A DNA stretch of 64,000 nt from an uncultured Rivularia sp. (GTDB lineage: Bacteria > Cyanobacteriota > Cyanobacteriia > Cyanobacteriales > Nostocaceae), in the NCBI GenBank assembly GCA_963665115.1, contig OY762007.1, positions 3,008,001 through 3,072,000 of the forward strand. Direction: 5' to 3'. This document shows positions 10,048 through 20,700 of this stretch, piece after piece (position 1 is the stretch's first letter; the number at the start of each line of letters is the position of its first letter). Under the pieces are notes generated by a model. It ran no database searches. It had not been told where the DNA came from and worked only from the letters and a program-made list of their open reading frames with translations. Both the position numbers and the translations under genes were made by a program.

Positions 10048-13000
10048 ATGGTTGACATTGTTGGATATTCCATCAAAGAAGAACCTATAGATTTTGCGGC
10101 TATCCTCAAAGCCTCTCAAGCACTTTTAGATATTGTTCAATTCGACGAGCTACTGTCCCATTTTACTCAGGTTATCGTACAAAATTCGGGAGCCGATTGC
10201 TGTTCCTTAATACTTCCCGATCGTAATGGGATATGGCACCTTGAAACCATTGCCACACCTGAGATAACAGAACTTCGCTCTGAACACCTTGAAGGCAATC
10301 CCAACCTACCTGTTAAATTAATTGAGTATGTCAAAAACACCCAACAAGAGGTGATGATTGACAATCTCAACACCCATTTACCTGTCATTGACAAGTATCT
10401 CAGCCAGCAAAAACCTTATAGCCTCCTGTGTTTACCTATTATAAATAAAGGGCATTTGTTCGGGATTGTGTATTTGAGTAACCACTCAACTAGTGCTGTG
10501 TTTACCAGCGATCGCATCCTTATACTCAACTTGCTTTGTACCCAGGCAGCAATCTCACTCGACAATTTACGGCTTTATCGGGAGCGCGATCGCGCACAAA
10601 TCAGCTTAAAGCAAAAAGAACATAACGTTGATGCTCGCTATCGTGCTTTGATAGATGGGTCATATGATAACCGCAAACAATTCGAGCGCGAACGACAGCA
10701 ATTAATTCAAGAACTATCCGATTTCAAATTTGCCCTCGATCAATCAGCTATAGTCGCTATCACTGATACCGCAGGAGCTATTACCTATGTCAATAACCGC
10801 TTCTGCGATATTTCCGGGTATTCCTACGATGAGTTGATTGGCAATACCCATCGGATTGTAAATTCTGGCTATCATTCCCTCGCTTTTTTTCAAGACTTGT
10901 GGAGTACCGTCATTAGTGGCAATATCTGGCGAGGTCAAATTTGCAATCGGAATAAGAATGGTAATCTGTATTGGGTAGAAAGTACCCTTATCCCATTTTT
11001 AGACGAGCAAGGGAGACCTTTTCAGTATCTAGCGATTCGCTTTGATATTACCGGACGCAAACAAGCCGAACAAACAATTTCTCAACAGGTAGAACGAGAA
11101 AAACTACTTAGAGAAATTACCCAGCGAATTCGACAATCCCTAAATCTTCAGACCATTTTCGACACCGCTTGTAAAGAAATCCGTCAAGTGATTCAAGCCG
11201 ATCGAGTTGGTATTTTCAAGTTTTATCCGGAATGTAACTTTGATGATGGCGAATTTGTAGCTGAATCGGTTCTAGAAGGATTTTCCTCAGTGGTTGCGAT
11301 CCGAGTCCACGACTACTGCTTTGGCAACAATTTTTCATCCCTTTATTCTAAAGGCAGATTCTATGCCGTTGATGATATCTATAACAACGGGCTAACAGGC
11401 TGTCACAGTGACATCTTAAGTCAGTTTGAAGTACGCGCTAATCTAGTGATGCCGTTACTTTGCGGTGAGCAGTTATGGGGTTTGCTATGCATTCATCAAT
11501 GTGGAACAACTCGTAAATGGCAGCAGTCGGAAATTGACCTGACGCAGCAATTAGCCAATCAACTAGCAATCGGTATTCAGCAAGCTAGCTTCTACGATCA
11601 AACACAGTGTGAACTGATGGTACGGCAGCAAACCGAAGCCAGAATTGCCATACAATTGCGACGACAGCAAGCTTTAGGGGCGATTATTCAACAAATTCGT
11701 GAATCATTAGACATTGACGAAATTCTCTCAACAGTCACCAAGCAAGTCAAAGAAATAATGCACTGCGATCGCGTCATTGTATTTCGACTTTTTGCTAATG
11801 GCGAAAGTGGAATAGTTGAAGAAGCCGTATCCGGTGAGTTTCCTGCGCTTAATGGTCGTAATTGGGACAATGAAGTATGGTCGCCGGAAATACTTGATTG
11901 TTACTGGCAAGGTAAGCCTCGTATCGTACCCGATGTGGTAGACGATATCTGGACAAAATGCCTAGTGGAATATTCAATTGAAGGTAAAATTAAATCCAAA
12001 ATTGTTGCGCCGATCTTGCAAGAAATACATACTAGCGAAAATCATCGTTGGGTTGCTCCAGGGGAAAACAATAAGCTTTGGGGGGTTTTAGTTGTCCATT
12101 CATGTGGAGCAAAACGATTATGGCAGGAATCTGAAGCGCAACTCTTACAACAAATTGCCAACCAACTCGCGATTGCCATTCAACAAGCTAAGCTATTCGA
12201 TCGGTTGCAGCAAGAACTAACCGAACGACAACAAGCTCAACAGCAGCTGACCGAACGCAACCAGCAACTTGCCGTATCAAATGAAGAACTTGCCCGCGCG
12301 ACTCGCCTTAAGGATGAGTTCCTTGCTAACATGAGCCATGAACTTCGTACCCCCCTTAACGCCATATTAGGAATGACCGAGGGGTTACAGGAGAAAGTCT
12401 TTGGGCAAATCAACGACCGACAACTTAAAGCATTACAAACCATTGAGGGCAGTGGTTCGCATTTGCTCGAACTAATTAACGATATCTTGGATGTCGCCAA
12501 AATTGAATCAGGTCAAATCGAACTTGATATCATCCCTATTAGTGTCGCTCCATTGTGCCAGTCAAGTTTAGCTTTTATTAAACGACAAGCTCTGAAAAAA
12601 CGCATTCATCTACAAACTAATTTACCCCACGAAGTACCCGATTTATTGATTGATGAACGACGCATCCGCCAGGTGTTGATCAACCTGCTCAACAATGCCG
12701 TCAAATTTACCCCAGATGGAGGAAGGATCACTTTAGAGGTCAGCCTTCAGCAGCACTTGACCGAAGCAGATTGCACCGATAACCCATACCAAAATTTCCT
12801 CCGAATTGCAGTCATTGATACAGGCATCGGTATTGCACTAGAAGATACAAAAAAACTATTTCAGCCCTTCGTCCAAATCGATAGTGCATTGAATCGTCAA
12901 TATACAGGAACCGGCTTAGGGCTTACCTTAGTGAAACGCACCGTAGAACTTCATGGTGGTCAAGTGAGGGTAACTAGTAAAATTGGAGTTGGAAGTTGCT

Positions 13001-13482
13001 TTACGGTTGACCTGCCTTGCGCCGCTACTGTATCATCTTTTCCTCAAATCAAAACCCAGCCAGAACTGTGTACCGAAACGAACTACCCAGTTGAGGAAGC
13101 ATCCCACTTAATTTTACTAGCTGAGGACAACGAAGCCAATGTAAGTACTGTTTCAAGCTACCTCAGAGCTAAAGGCTATCGTCTGCTCTTGGCTAAAAAC
13201 GGACAAGAGGCAGTTGCTCTAGCCCAATCTGAAGCGCCTGAGTTAATTTTGATGGATATTCAAATGCCTGGTATTGATGGGATAGAAGCAATGCAGCAAA
13301 TTCGCCGCAATCCAAACTTAGCCAATTTGCCCATAATTGCCCTGACGGCTTTAGCAATGGAAGGCGATCGCGAACGTTGTCTGGCTGCCGGAGCTAATGA
13401 TTACCTCAGCAAACCCGTCAAGTTAAAGCAACTGGCATTGACGATCCAACAGTTGTTAGCAACTCGGGAGGATACCTCATGA
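10048..13482 (+). CDS. Cyanobacteriochrome hybrid histidine kinase (GAF-PAS-DXCF GAF-far-red-type GAF-HisKA-HATPase-REC)
   Basis: DYCF and GCH in second GAF; WDNEVWS...YWQGKPR...WTKCLVEY in third [12 protein letters not shown]-box; C-terminal receiver AEDN...LMDIQMP...KP. Confidence 0.9.
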   Translation: MVDIVGYSIKEEPIDFAAILKASQALLDIVQFDELLSHFTQVIVQNSGADCCSLILPDRNGIWHLETIATPEITELRSEHLEGNPNLPVKLIEYVKNTQQEVMIDNLNTHLPVIDKYLSQQKPYSLLCLPIINKGHLFGIVYLSNHSTSAVFTSDRILILNLLCTQAAISLDNLRLYRERDRAQISLKQKEHNVDARYRALIDGSYDNRKQFERERQQLIQELSDFKFALDQSAIVAITDTAGAITYVNNRFCDISGYSYDELIGNTHRIVNSGYHSLAFFQDLWSTVISGNIWRGQICNRNKNGNLYWVESTLIPFLDEQGRPFQYLAIRFDITGRKQAEQTISQQVEREKLLREITQRIRQSLNLQTIFDTACKEIRQVIQADRVGIFKFYPECNFDDGEFVAESVLEGFSSVVAIRVHDYCFGNNFSSLYSKGRFYAVDDIYNNGLTGCHSDILSQFEVRANLVMPLLCGEQLWGLLCIHQCGTTRKWQQSEIDLTQQLANQLAIGIQQASFYDQTQCELMVRQQTEARIAIQLRRQQALGAIIQQIRESLDIDEILSTVTKQVKEIMHCDRVIVFRLFANGESGIVEEAVSGEFPALNGRNWDNEVWSPEILDCYWQGKPRIVPDVVDDIWTKCLVEYSIEGKIKSKIVAPILQEIHTSENHRWVAPGENNKLWGVLVVHSCGAKRLWQESEAQLLQQIANQLAIAIQQAKLFDRLQQELTERQQAQQQLTERNQQLAVSNEELARATRLKDEFLANMSHELRTPLNAILGMTEGLQEKVFGQINDRQLKALQTIEGSGSHLLELINDILDVAKIESGQIELDIIPISVAPLCQSSLAFIKRQALKKRIHLQTNLPHEVPDLLIDERRIRQVLINLLNNAVKFTPDGGRITLEVSLQQHLTEADCTDNPYQNFLRIAVIDTGIGIALEDTKKLFQPFVQIDSALNRQYTGTGLGLTLVKRTVELHGGQVRVTSKIGVGSCFTVDLPCAATVSSFPQIKTQPELCTETNYPVEEASHLILLAEDNEANVSTVSSYLRAKGYRLLLAKNGQEAVALAQSEAPELILMDIQMPGIDGIEAMQQIRRNPNLANLPIIALTALAMEGDRERCLAAGANDYLSKPVKLKQLALTIQQLLATREDTS

Positions 13483-13506
13483 AGAAAGTATCCGCAGTCA
13501 ATACAA

Positions 13507-13638
13507 TCAGGACTTACGCAAAAATAACGTAACTGCGTCATTACTCATGAGAGGCGACGTAATCTCCCCAGGCGCTGGGAAAGATCCCCTACATTCCGTT
13601 CCGGTCGCAATGACAAATCTTCGTTGCGTAAGTCCTGA
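13507..13638. mobile_element. MITE-like element with 15-bp terminal inverted repeats TCAGGACTTACGCAA
   Basis: Perfect IR at 13507-13521 and 13624-13638 enclosing a degenerate GTCATT...AATGAC palindrome. Confidence 0.65.
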
Positions 13639-13683
13639 CAATATAAAGATTTTGACCTCGAACGCGATTTTTTTTAATGATTT

Positions 13684-13692
13684 GGGAACACT
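13684..13692 (+). promoter_or_regulatory. J-Box-like element GGGAACACT
   Basis: One mismatch; same flanks (GATTT...AAAT) as the other copies. Confidence 0.5.
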
Positions 13693-13935
13693 AAATGCAG
13701 AATTATTGAGGATATAAAGCATCGTTAGTATCACCAGATACCACATCCACAAAAAATCTGCAAGGGTTCAAGAATATAGCTATTTTTTGCTTTGGGAAAA
13801 AGCAACTAATTTTAATTTAATTTTCATATTTAGTACTTATTTTTGTTTATCGCCAAGACATAAAATTAATTTCGCAAATCAACAAAATTCAGACTATTTT
13901 TATTACCTAATAAGATTAAGGAGATATTTAAAACC

Positions 13936-14452
13936 ATGCAGAGCCAGCCACAAGGGCAATCGCCTCCACTGATATCTTCATCTTCAAAGCTCCCTCTACA
14001 AGATGATATGTTGCAACGGCAATTATTGCAGCTAGTAATGGATAACCTGCCAGAATGCATCTTTTGGAAAGATATAAATGGAGTTTACTTGGGCTGCAAC
14101 AGCAAATTTGCTGAAATTGCAGGGGTTGGCAGCCCTGAAAATATCGTTGGCAAAAATGATTACGAGCTACCCTGGAAAAAAAAAGAAACTGATTTTTTTC
14201 GTTCAAGACAATGGTTTAGAACTTGTTATACCTCCATCTGAGGATTTACAAATGTTATTCGATCTAGCCCAAGATGGCTGATTAATCAAGTTAGCAAAAA
14301 CAGCGGAAAAAATTGCACAAAACAATAACCTTTATCTACCCTTTGCCCAGAAAATTTTACAGATGACAAGGAAATTTGATACAGAAAAAATAGAGGAATT
14401 ACTTAATAAATATCTTCACTCCGAGCAATCTTTCCAATCTCGAAATCCATGA
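13936..14452 (+). pseudogene. Internally deleted PAS hybrid kinase relic
   Basis: PAS start (IFWKDINGVYLGCN) joined out of frame to a C-terminal tail (ELVIPPSEDLQML...YLPFAQKI...EKIEELL) homologous to the tails of ORFs 23453 and 25722, with an internal TGA. Confidence 0.75.
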
Positions 14453-16122
14453 CTAAGGAATTAATAGAATCAACAGGGCTGATCTTAATTGTGGACGATA
14501 TTACGGTTAATCTAGATGTACTATCTGAAACACTTAGTACAGCAGGTTATGACGTGGCGATCGCCACCAATGGAAAACGAGCTTTGAAACAGCTAGAGCG
14601 GAAATTGCCGGATCTAATTTTGCTGGACATAAAAATGTCTGAAATGAATGGTTTTGAAGTCTGCCAAAAAATCAAAGCTAATCCTACAACTTGCAATATT
14701 CCGATCATTTTTATCACGGCTTTAGCCGATCTAGATAGTAAGATTAAAGGCTTTGAACTAGGAGCATTAGACTATATTACTAAGCCATTCCAAGAGCAGG
14801 AAGTCCTCGCTAGGATCAAAACACATTTACAGTTGAGAAAGCTGACTCAAAACTTAGAGGAGCAAGTAGCTCTTAAAGTATTTTCATTGGAACAAGCCAA
14901 GCAAGCTGCCGAACAAGCAAATATCGCCAAAAGCCAATTCCTTGCTAACATGAGTCACGAGCTTCGCACTCCCCTCAACGCCATTTTAGGCATGACTGAG
15001 GGTCTACAAGAGCAGGTTTTTGGCAGCACCAACGACCAACAATTTAAAGCATTGCAAACTATTGAACGCAGTGCTTCCCATTTACTTGAACTGATTAACG
15101 ACATTCTGGATCTCTCAAAAATAGAATTGGCTCACATAGAGCTAAATCCTAGCTGTACTGACATAGCAGAACTTTGTCAAACGAGTTTAGCCTTCATTAA
15201 ACAACAAGCCCGCTCGAAAGACATCGAGCTAAAAACAAAGCTACAACCCAATTTGGCCAACTTACTTGTGGATGAAAGACGCATCCGCCAAGTTTTAATT
15301 AATCTGCTTACCAATGCTATTAAGTTCACCCCGGATCGAGGATGCATTACCTTAGAAGTAAACCTTCTTCCCCGTGGTACCTTTTCAGATGCTGTTTCCT
15401 CATCCCAAAATTACTTACGAATTGCTGTTAGAGATACTGGCATTGGTATTAATACCGAACATCTCGAAAAATTGTTTAAGCCCTTCGTGCAAATTGATAG
15501 CGCTCTGAATCGGAAATATGAAGGGACGGGTTTGGGACTTTCCTTGGTAAAACGCATCGTCGAACTTCATGGGGGACGGGTAGGAGTTATGAGTGAGGTC
15601 GGAGTAGGAAGCTGCTTCACAGTCGATCTACTCTATAGTGCTGCGACATCATCAGAGTGTGAATTAAAAATTCACTCAGAAATTAGCATCGAACCCAGCG
15701 AGCAAAAGCAAACAGCATCTCCTTTAATTTTGCTAGCTGAAGACAACGAGGCCAATATCGCAACAATTTCGGGCTACCTTAAAGCCAAAGGCTACCAAAT
15801 AGTTTTGGCGAAAAACGGGCAGGAGGCTATTGATTTGACCTACTCCAGAACGCCCGATTTGATTGTAATGGATATTCAAATGCCAGGAATAGATGGCATA
15901 GAAGCAATGCAGCAAATCCGTCAAAATCGAAATTTAGCGAATTTGCCTATCATAGCTCTTACAGCTTTAGCAATGAAAAGCGATGGGCAAAATCCCGGCG
16001 TAGCCGATTGCGAACGTTGTCTTACAGTCGGAGCCAATGAATACCTTAATAAACCCGTCAAGCTCAAGCAATTGACATTCATAATCCAAAAATTGTTAGA
16101 CGCTCAGGAGTATACCCTATGA
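14449..16122 (+). CDS. Hybrid histidine kinase REC-HisKA-HATPase-REC
   Basis: LIVDD...LLDIKM receiver, [14 protein letters not shown], second receiver. Confidence 0.93.
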   Translation: MTKELIESTGLILIVDDITVNLDVLSETLSTAGYDVAIATNGKRALKQLERKLPDLILLDIKMSEMNGFEVCQKIKANPTTCNIPIIFITALADLDSKIKGFELGALDYITKPFQEQEVLARIKTHLQLRKLTQNLEEQVALKVFSLEQAKQAAEQANIAKSQFLANMSHELRTPLNAILGMTEGLQEQVFGSTNDQQFKALQTIERSASHLLELINDILDLSKIELAHIELNPSCTDIAELCQTSLAFIKQQARSKDIELKTKLQPNLANLLVDERRIRQVLINLLTNAIKFTPDRGCITLEVNLLPRGTFSDAVSSSQNYLRIAVRDTGIGINTEHLEKLFKPFVQIDSALNRKYEGTGLGLSLVKRIVELHGGRVGVMSEVGVGSCFTVDLLYSAATSSECELKIHSEISIEPSEQKQTASPLILLAEDNEANIATISGYLKAKGYQIVLAKNGQEAIDLTYSRTPDLIVMDIQMPGIDGIEAMQQIRQNRNLANLPIIALTALAMKSDGQNPGVADCERCLTVGANEYLNKPVKLKQLTFIIQKLLDAQEYTL

Positions 16123-17225
16123 AAAAAGCATCCGTTTTAATCATTGATGACGAACCCGATAATTTTGATGTAATCGAAACTCTACTAAGCGTTGAGGTTA
16201 GTAGAAATTATTCAGGGGAAAATTATGATTATCAACTGCACTATGCTGCCGACGGGAGCAACGCGATCGCATCTCTCGACACCTTTAAACCCGATATTAT
16301 TTTGCTTGATGTGATGATGCCAGGAATAGATGGTATCGAAGTCTGCGGGCGTATTAAAGCAATGCCCCAGTGGCGATCGGTGCCAATCATTACGGTCACG
16401 GCTCTTAACAGTAAAGAAGACCTAGCTAACTGTCTAAGATCGGGTGCCGATGACTTTATCAGTAAGCCTATTAATGGTGCTGAACTGCGTGCAAGAGTAA
16501 ACTCCATGCTGCGAATCAAGCATCAGTATGACGACCTGCAAGCCCTGCTCAAGCTACGGGAAGACATGGTTAACATGGTAGTTCACGACCTACGAAATCC
16601 TCTTACTGATATATTGCTGGGTGTGGAGATTCTCCAAAGTGGGAAGTATCCTGCAAACAAGCACCAGCACAAATTAACTCGAATCTATTCCTCAGCACAA
16701 GCACTACAGGTATTGATTGATGATTTGCTGACTATGGCACTGCTCAAATCTGGTAAAGTTTCTCCCAATTGCATGGAAGTTTGCATATGTGAACTTATAC
16801 AGTCTGCCATCTCAAACTTTGAAACAATCGCAGCTAAAAAAAATCAAGTACTGGTGAGTCAATTACCAAAAGAATCTAGTCAGAAAGTCTTTGTTGATGC
16901 AACGATGATGCACCGAACCTTGGATAACCTCTTATCGAATGCAATTAAGTTTTCCCCAGACAGCAGCCAAATTATAGTTAAGGTTGAATTTACCACATCT
17001 GGTCATTATAAAATCCAAGTTATTGATTCCGGGCCGGGTGTTGCCGATGCATTCCAACAAAAGATTTTTGATCAATACGAAGTTGGAAATTCAATGTCCA
17101 ATGTCTCTCAAATAGGGTTGGGTTTAGCATTTTGCAAAATGGTAGTTGAAGCACATGGAGGAGAAATTTGTGTTAAAAAAAATCAACCCCAAGGAGCCAT
17201 TTTTGAGATTGTTTTGGCTGCATAG
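16119..17225 (+). CDS. Response regulator-histidine kinase hybrid (REC-HisKA-HATPase)
   Basis: LIIDD...[16 protein letters not shown]-box, NAIKF, IGLGL; overlaps upstream stop (ATGA). Confidence 0.92.
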   Translation: MKKASVLIIDDEPDNFDVIETLLSVEVSRNYSGENYDYQLHYAADGSNAIASLDTFKPDIILLDVMMPGIDGIEVCGRIKAMPQWRSVPIITVTALNSKEDLANCLRSGADDFISKPINGAELRARVNSMLRIKHQYDDLQALLKLREDMVNMVVHDLRNPLTDILLGVEILQSGKYPANKHQHKLTRIYSSAQALQVLIDDLLTMALLKSGKVSPNCMEVCICELIQSAISNFETIAAKKNQVLVSQLPKESSQKVFVDATMMHRTLDNLLSNAIKFSPDSSQIIVKVEFTTSGHYKIQVIDSGPGVADAFQQKIFDQYEVGNSMSNVSQIGLGLAFCKMVVEAHGGEICVKKNQPQGAIFEIVLAA

Positions 17226-17281
17226 TAGTATTGACTGTTTCATAAATCTAGAAACTGACAAATTTTTGAGGGGTTGCAACA

Positions 17282-17585
17282 ATGTCTGACTTTTCTATCT
17301 TGGTTATTGATGATAGACAAACCAATAATTACAATTAGTACTTCACTCCAAGATAACTAAAATATATTAATTAGTATCAAAGATAATGGCGTTGGAATTA
17401 GTAAATCCATTTTAAATAAGATATTTGAACCATTTTTTACTACAAAACCTGTCGGCGGCGGTACGGGTTTAGGATTATCAACTAGTTATTCAATTGTCCT
17501 AAAAAAAGATCGGGGTAATTAGAGTTGCATCTCTGCTCCGAGAGAGGGGACAGAATTTTTAATTGAACTGCCTATTCAACCATAA
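17282..17585 (+). pseudogene. Relic of a REC...HATPase gene
   Basis: Starts MSDFSILVIDD, then joins a close DNA paralogue of 22932-23199 (HATPase end) with two in-frame stops. Confidence 0.75.
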
Positions 17586-17688
17586 TAAGAATTACAACAA
17601 GTTCAAACTCTCTTATCAGTTCAGAACCTGATGGAATAATCAGCAAAGTAATACTTCCAACTTAAAATACAATTTTAAGGTCAGATTT

Positions 17689-17697
17689 GGGAATACT
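17689..17697 (+). promoter_or_regulatory. J-Box-like element GGGAATACT
   Basis: GATTTGGGAATACTAAATTCGGAAG is identical to the copy around 1794. Confidence 0.65.
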
Positions 17698-17732
17698 AAA
17701 TTCGGAAGTATTTAGACTGGAATCAACGCAGC

Positions 17733-20700
17733 ATGGTTAGCATCTCTGGATATCACATATTAGAACAACTTTACAATGGTTCGAGAACCCTGATATATCG
17801 TGCTATTCGTGAAAATGACCGAAAACCTGTAGTTATCAAATTGCTCAAAAATTCATTAGCGGATTTCAGCGAGTTGGTACAGTTTCGCAACCAATACACC
17901 ATCACTAAAAATATACATTCACCTTACATTATTCAATCCTACAGCTTGGAAGATTATCGCAATACTTGTGCATTGGTAATGGAAGACATGGGGGGAATTT
18001 CTCTTAAAGAATATTTCAATAATGTAGAGACGTTATATATAACGTCTCAAAATACAACGTCTCAATACATAACGTCTCAAAATAATCTCCTTGAGACACC
18101 CTCCGCTAAATCGTTTCTACAAGAATTTCTTCAAATAGCCATTTTCCTGTGCGATGCCTTAGATACTTTATATCACTATAGAATAATTCATAAAGATATT
18201 AAACCCGCCAACATTTTAATTAATCCAAATACCAAACAAGTTAAATTAAGTGACTTTAGTATTGCTTCTTTACTTCCAAAAGAAACTCAAATTTTCATCG
18301 CTCCTTCGGTGTTGGAAGGAACTTTAAGCTATATATCTCCAGAGCAAACTGGAAGAATGAATCGCGGAATTGATTATCGTACTGATTTATATTCATTGGG
18401 TGTTACTTTTTACGAATTACTAACGGGAGAATTACCATTTAAATCGAAAGATGCGATGGAGTTGGTGCATTGTCATATTGCGAAAGCTCCTCCAAGTATG
18501 AAAAAACTTCACTCTAACTCTCTGCTTATTAAGGAAAGGGAAAAAGAAATCCCTCAAGTTTTATCAGATATCGTCATCAAGTTGATGGCGAAAAATGCGG
18601 AAGATAGATATCAAAGTGCTTTGGGATTAAAGTATGATTTAGAACTTTGTTTAAAGCAAATAAAAGAAGTTGAAAAGATAGAAAGTTTTGAAATTGCTCA
18701 AAGAGATATTTGTAATAGATTTATTATCTCTGAAAAACTCTACGGTAGAGAAACTGAAGTTCACAAATTATTAGCTGCATTTGATAGAGTATCAAATGGC
18801 AATAGTGAATTAATACTTGTTGCAGGTTTTTCTGGTATTGGCAAAACGGCCTTAGTTAATGAGGTTCATAAACCAATAGTTAAGCAACGCGGTTATTTTA
18901 TTAAAGGTAAATTTGACCAGTATAATCGTAATATTCCTCTTTCTGCTTTTGTGCAAGCGTTTAAAGATTTAATTGGACAATTATTGACTGAAAGCGACAG
19001 TCAACTGTCAATCTGGAAAAATCTCATTTTACAGGCTTTAGGAGATAACGGACAAGTAATTATTGATGTGATTCCCGAATTGGAAAATATTATTGGTAAA
19101 CAACCATACGCACCGGAATTATCGGGAGATGCGGCACAAAATAGATTTAATTTATTATTTCAAAAGTTTATTCAAGTTTTTACTACCAAAGAACATCCTT
19201 TAGTTATTTTTTTAGATGATTTGCAGTGGGCTGATTCGGCATCTTTGAAATTGATGCAGTTGCTTTTATCTGAATCAAAAACTGGTTATTTATTAATGAT
19301 TGGTGCTTACCGAGATAATGAAGTGTTTCCCGCTCATCCTTTGATGTTGACGCTAAATGAAGCATCTAAAATCGGTACAACAATTAATACAATTATTCTG
19401 AAACCTTTAAATAAAGCAAGTTTAACTGAATTAGTAGCAGATACTCTTTCATGTTCTAAGCATTTAGCAAAACCTTTGACTAATATCATCTATCAAAAAA
19501 CTAAAGGAAGTCCGTTTTTTGCAACTCAGTTTTTGAAAGCTTTACATCATGATGGATTAATTAACTTTGATAATCAAGCTGGATATTGGCAATGCAATAT
19601 TAATAAAGTCCGCTCGGCAGCGCTAACAGATGATGTAGTTGAATTCACAAGCATTCAATTACGCAAGCTACCAGAATCAACTCAAGATGTTTTGAAATTA
19701 GCTGCTTGTATTGGCAATCAATTTGATTTAGAAACATTAGCAATTCTTTCCGAAAAATCAAAAGAAGAAACAGCAGCTTGTTTATGGAAAGCTTTGCAAA
19801 AAGGTTTGATTTTACCGCAAAGTGATGTTTATAAGTTTTTTATTCAGGCTGAAAATCAAGAAATTAATTCGCAGACTGCTAAAGTTGCAAAATATAAGTT
19901 TTTGCATGACAGAATTCAGCAAGCTGCTTATTCTTTGATTCCAGAAGAAAAAAAACAAAAGACTCATTGGCAAATTGGACAAGCGCTATTAAGAATAATT
20001 TCAGAAGAACAGCTTGAAGAAATTATTTTTGAAGTAGTTAATCAACTTAACAATGGTTTGAAATTTTGCGAGCAAGATGCAACAAATAAAGAGAAAATCG
20101 CTCGACTAAACTTACAAGCAGGACTAAAAGCTAAGGAATCAACTGCATATGCTGCTGCTGTTAGCTATTTCAGTCAAGGAATTAGTTTGCTGGCTTGCGA
20201 CTTCTGGGAACATCAATACAAATTGAGCTTTGAACTGTATCGACAATTAGCAGAAGCAGAATATCTCAATGGTAACTTTGAACGAGCATAAATTTTAGTT
20301 GATGACATTCTTAAAAAAGCAAAGTCAGATATAGAAAAAGCCGACCTCTATAATCTTTTAGTTGTACAATTTACATTAGAAGCAAAATACGATCGAGCAA
20401 CTACAGTTGGCAAACAAGGACTTAGTTTATTAGGTATCAACATACCTATAGATAACTTGCAATCTTCTATCGATGAACAATTGCAAAAAATTATAGACGG
20501 ATTTAAACAGCAAGAAATTGTCTCTATTTTGCACAAACCAGTAATGAGTCAAGAAGACAAAAAAATTGCAATTAAACTTTTAATAAACCTCGATCCACCA
20601 ACATATATTACTGGGAATTTGAATCTGTATATATTCATTTCTTTAAAAGCAGTTTTACTTTCCTTAGAATATGGTAATGCTGCGGAATCTGCGAAAGCCT

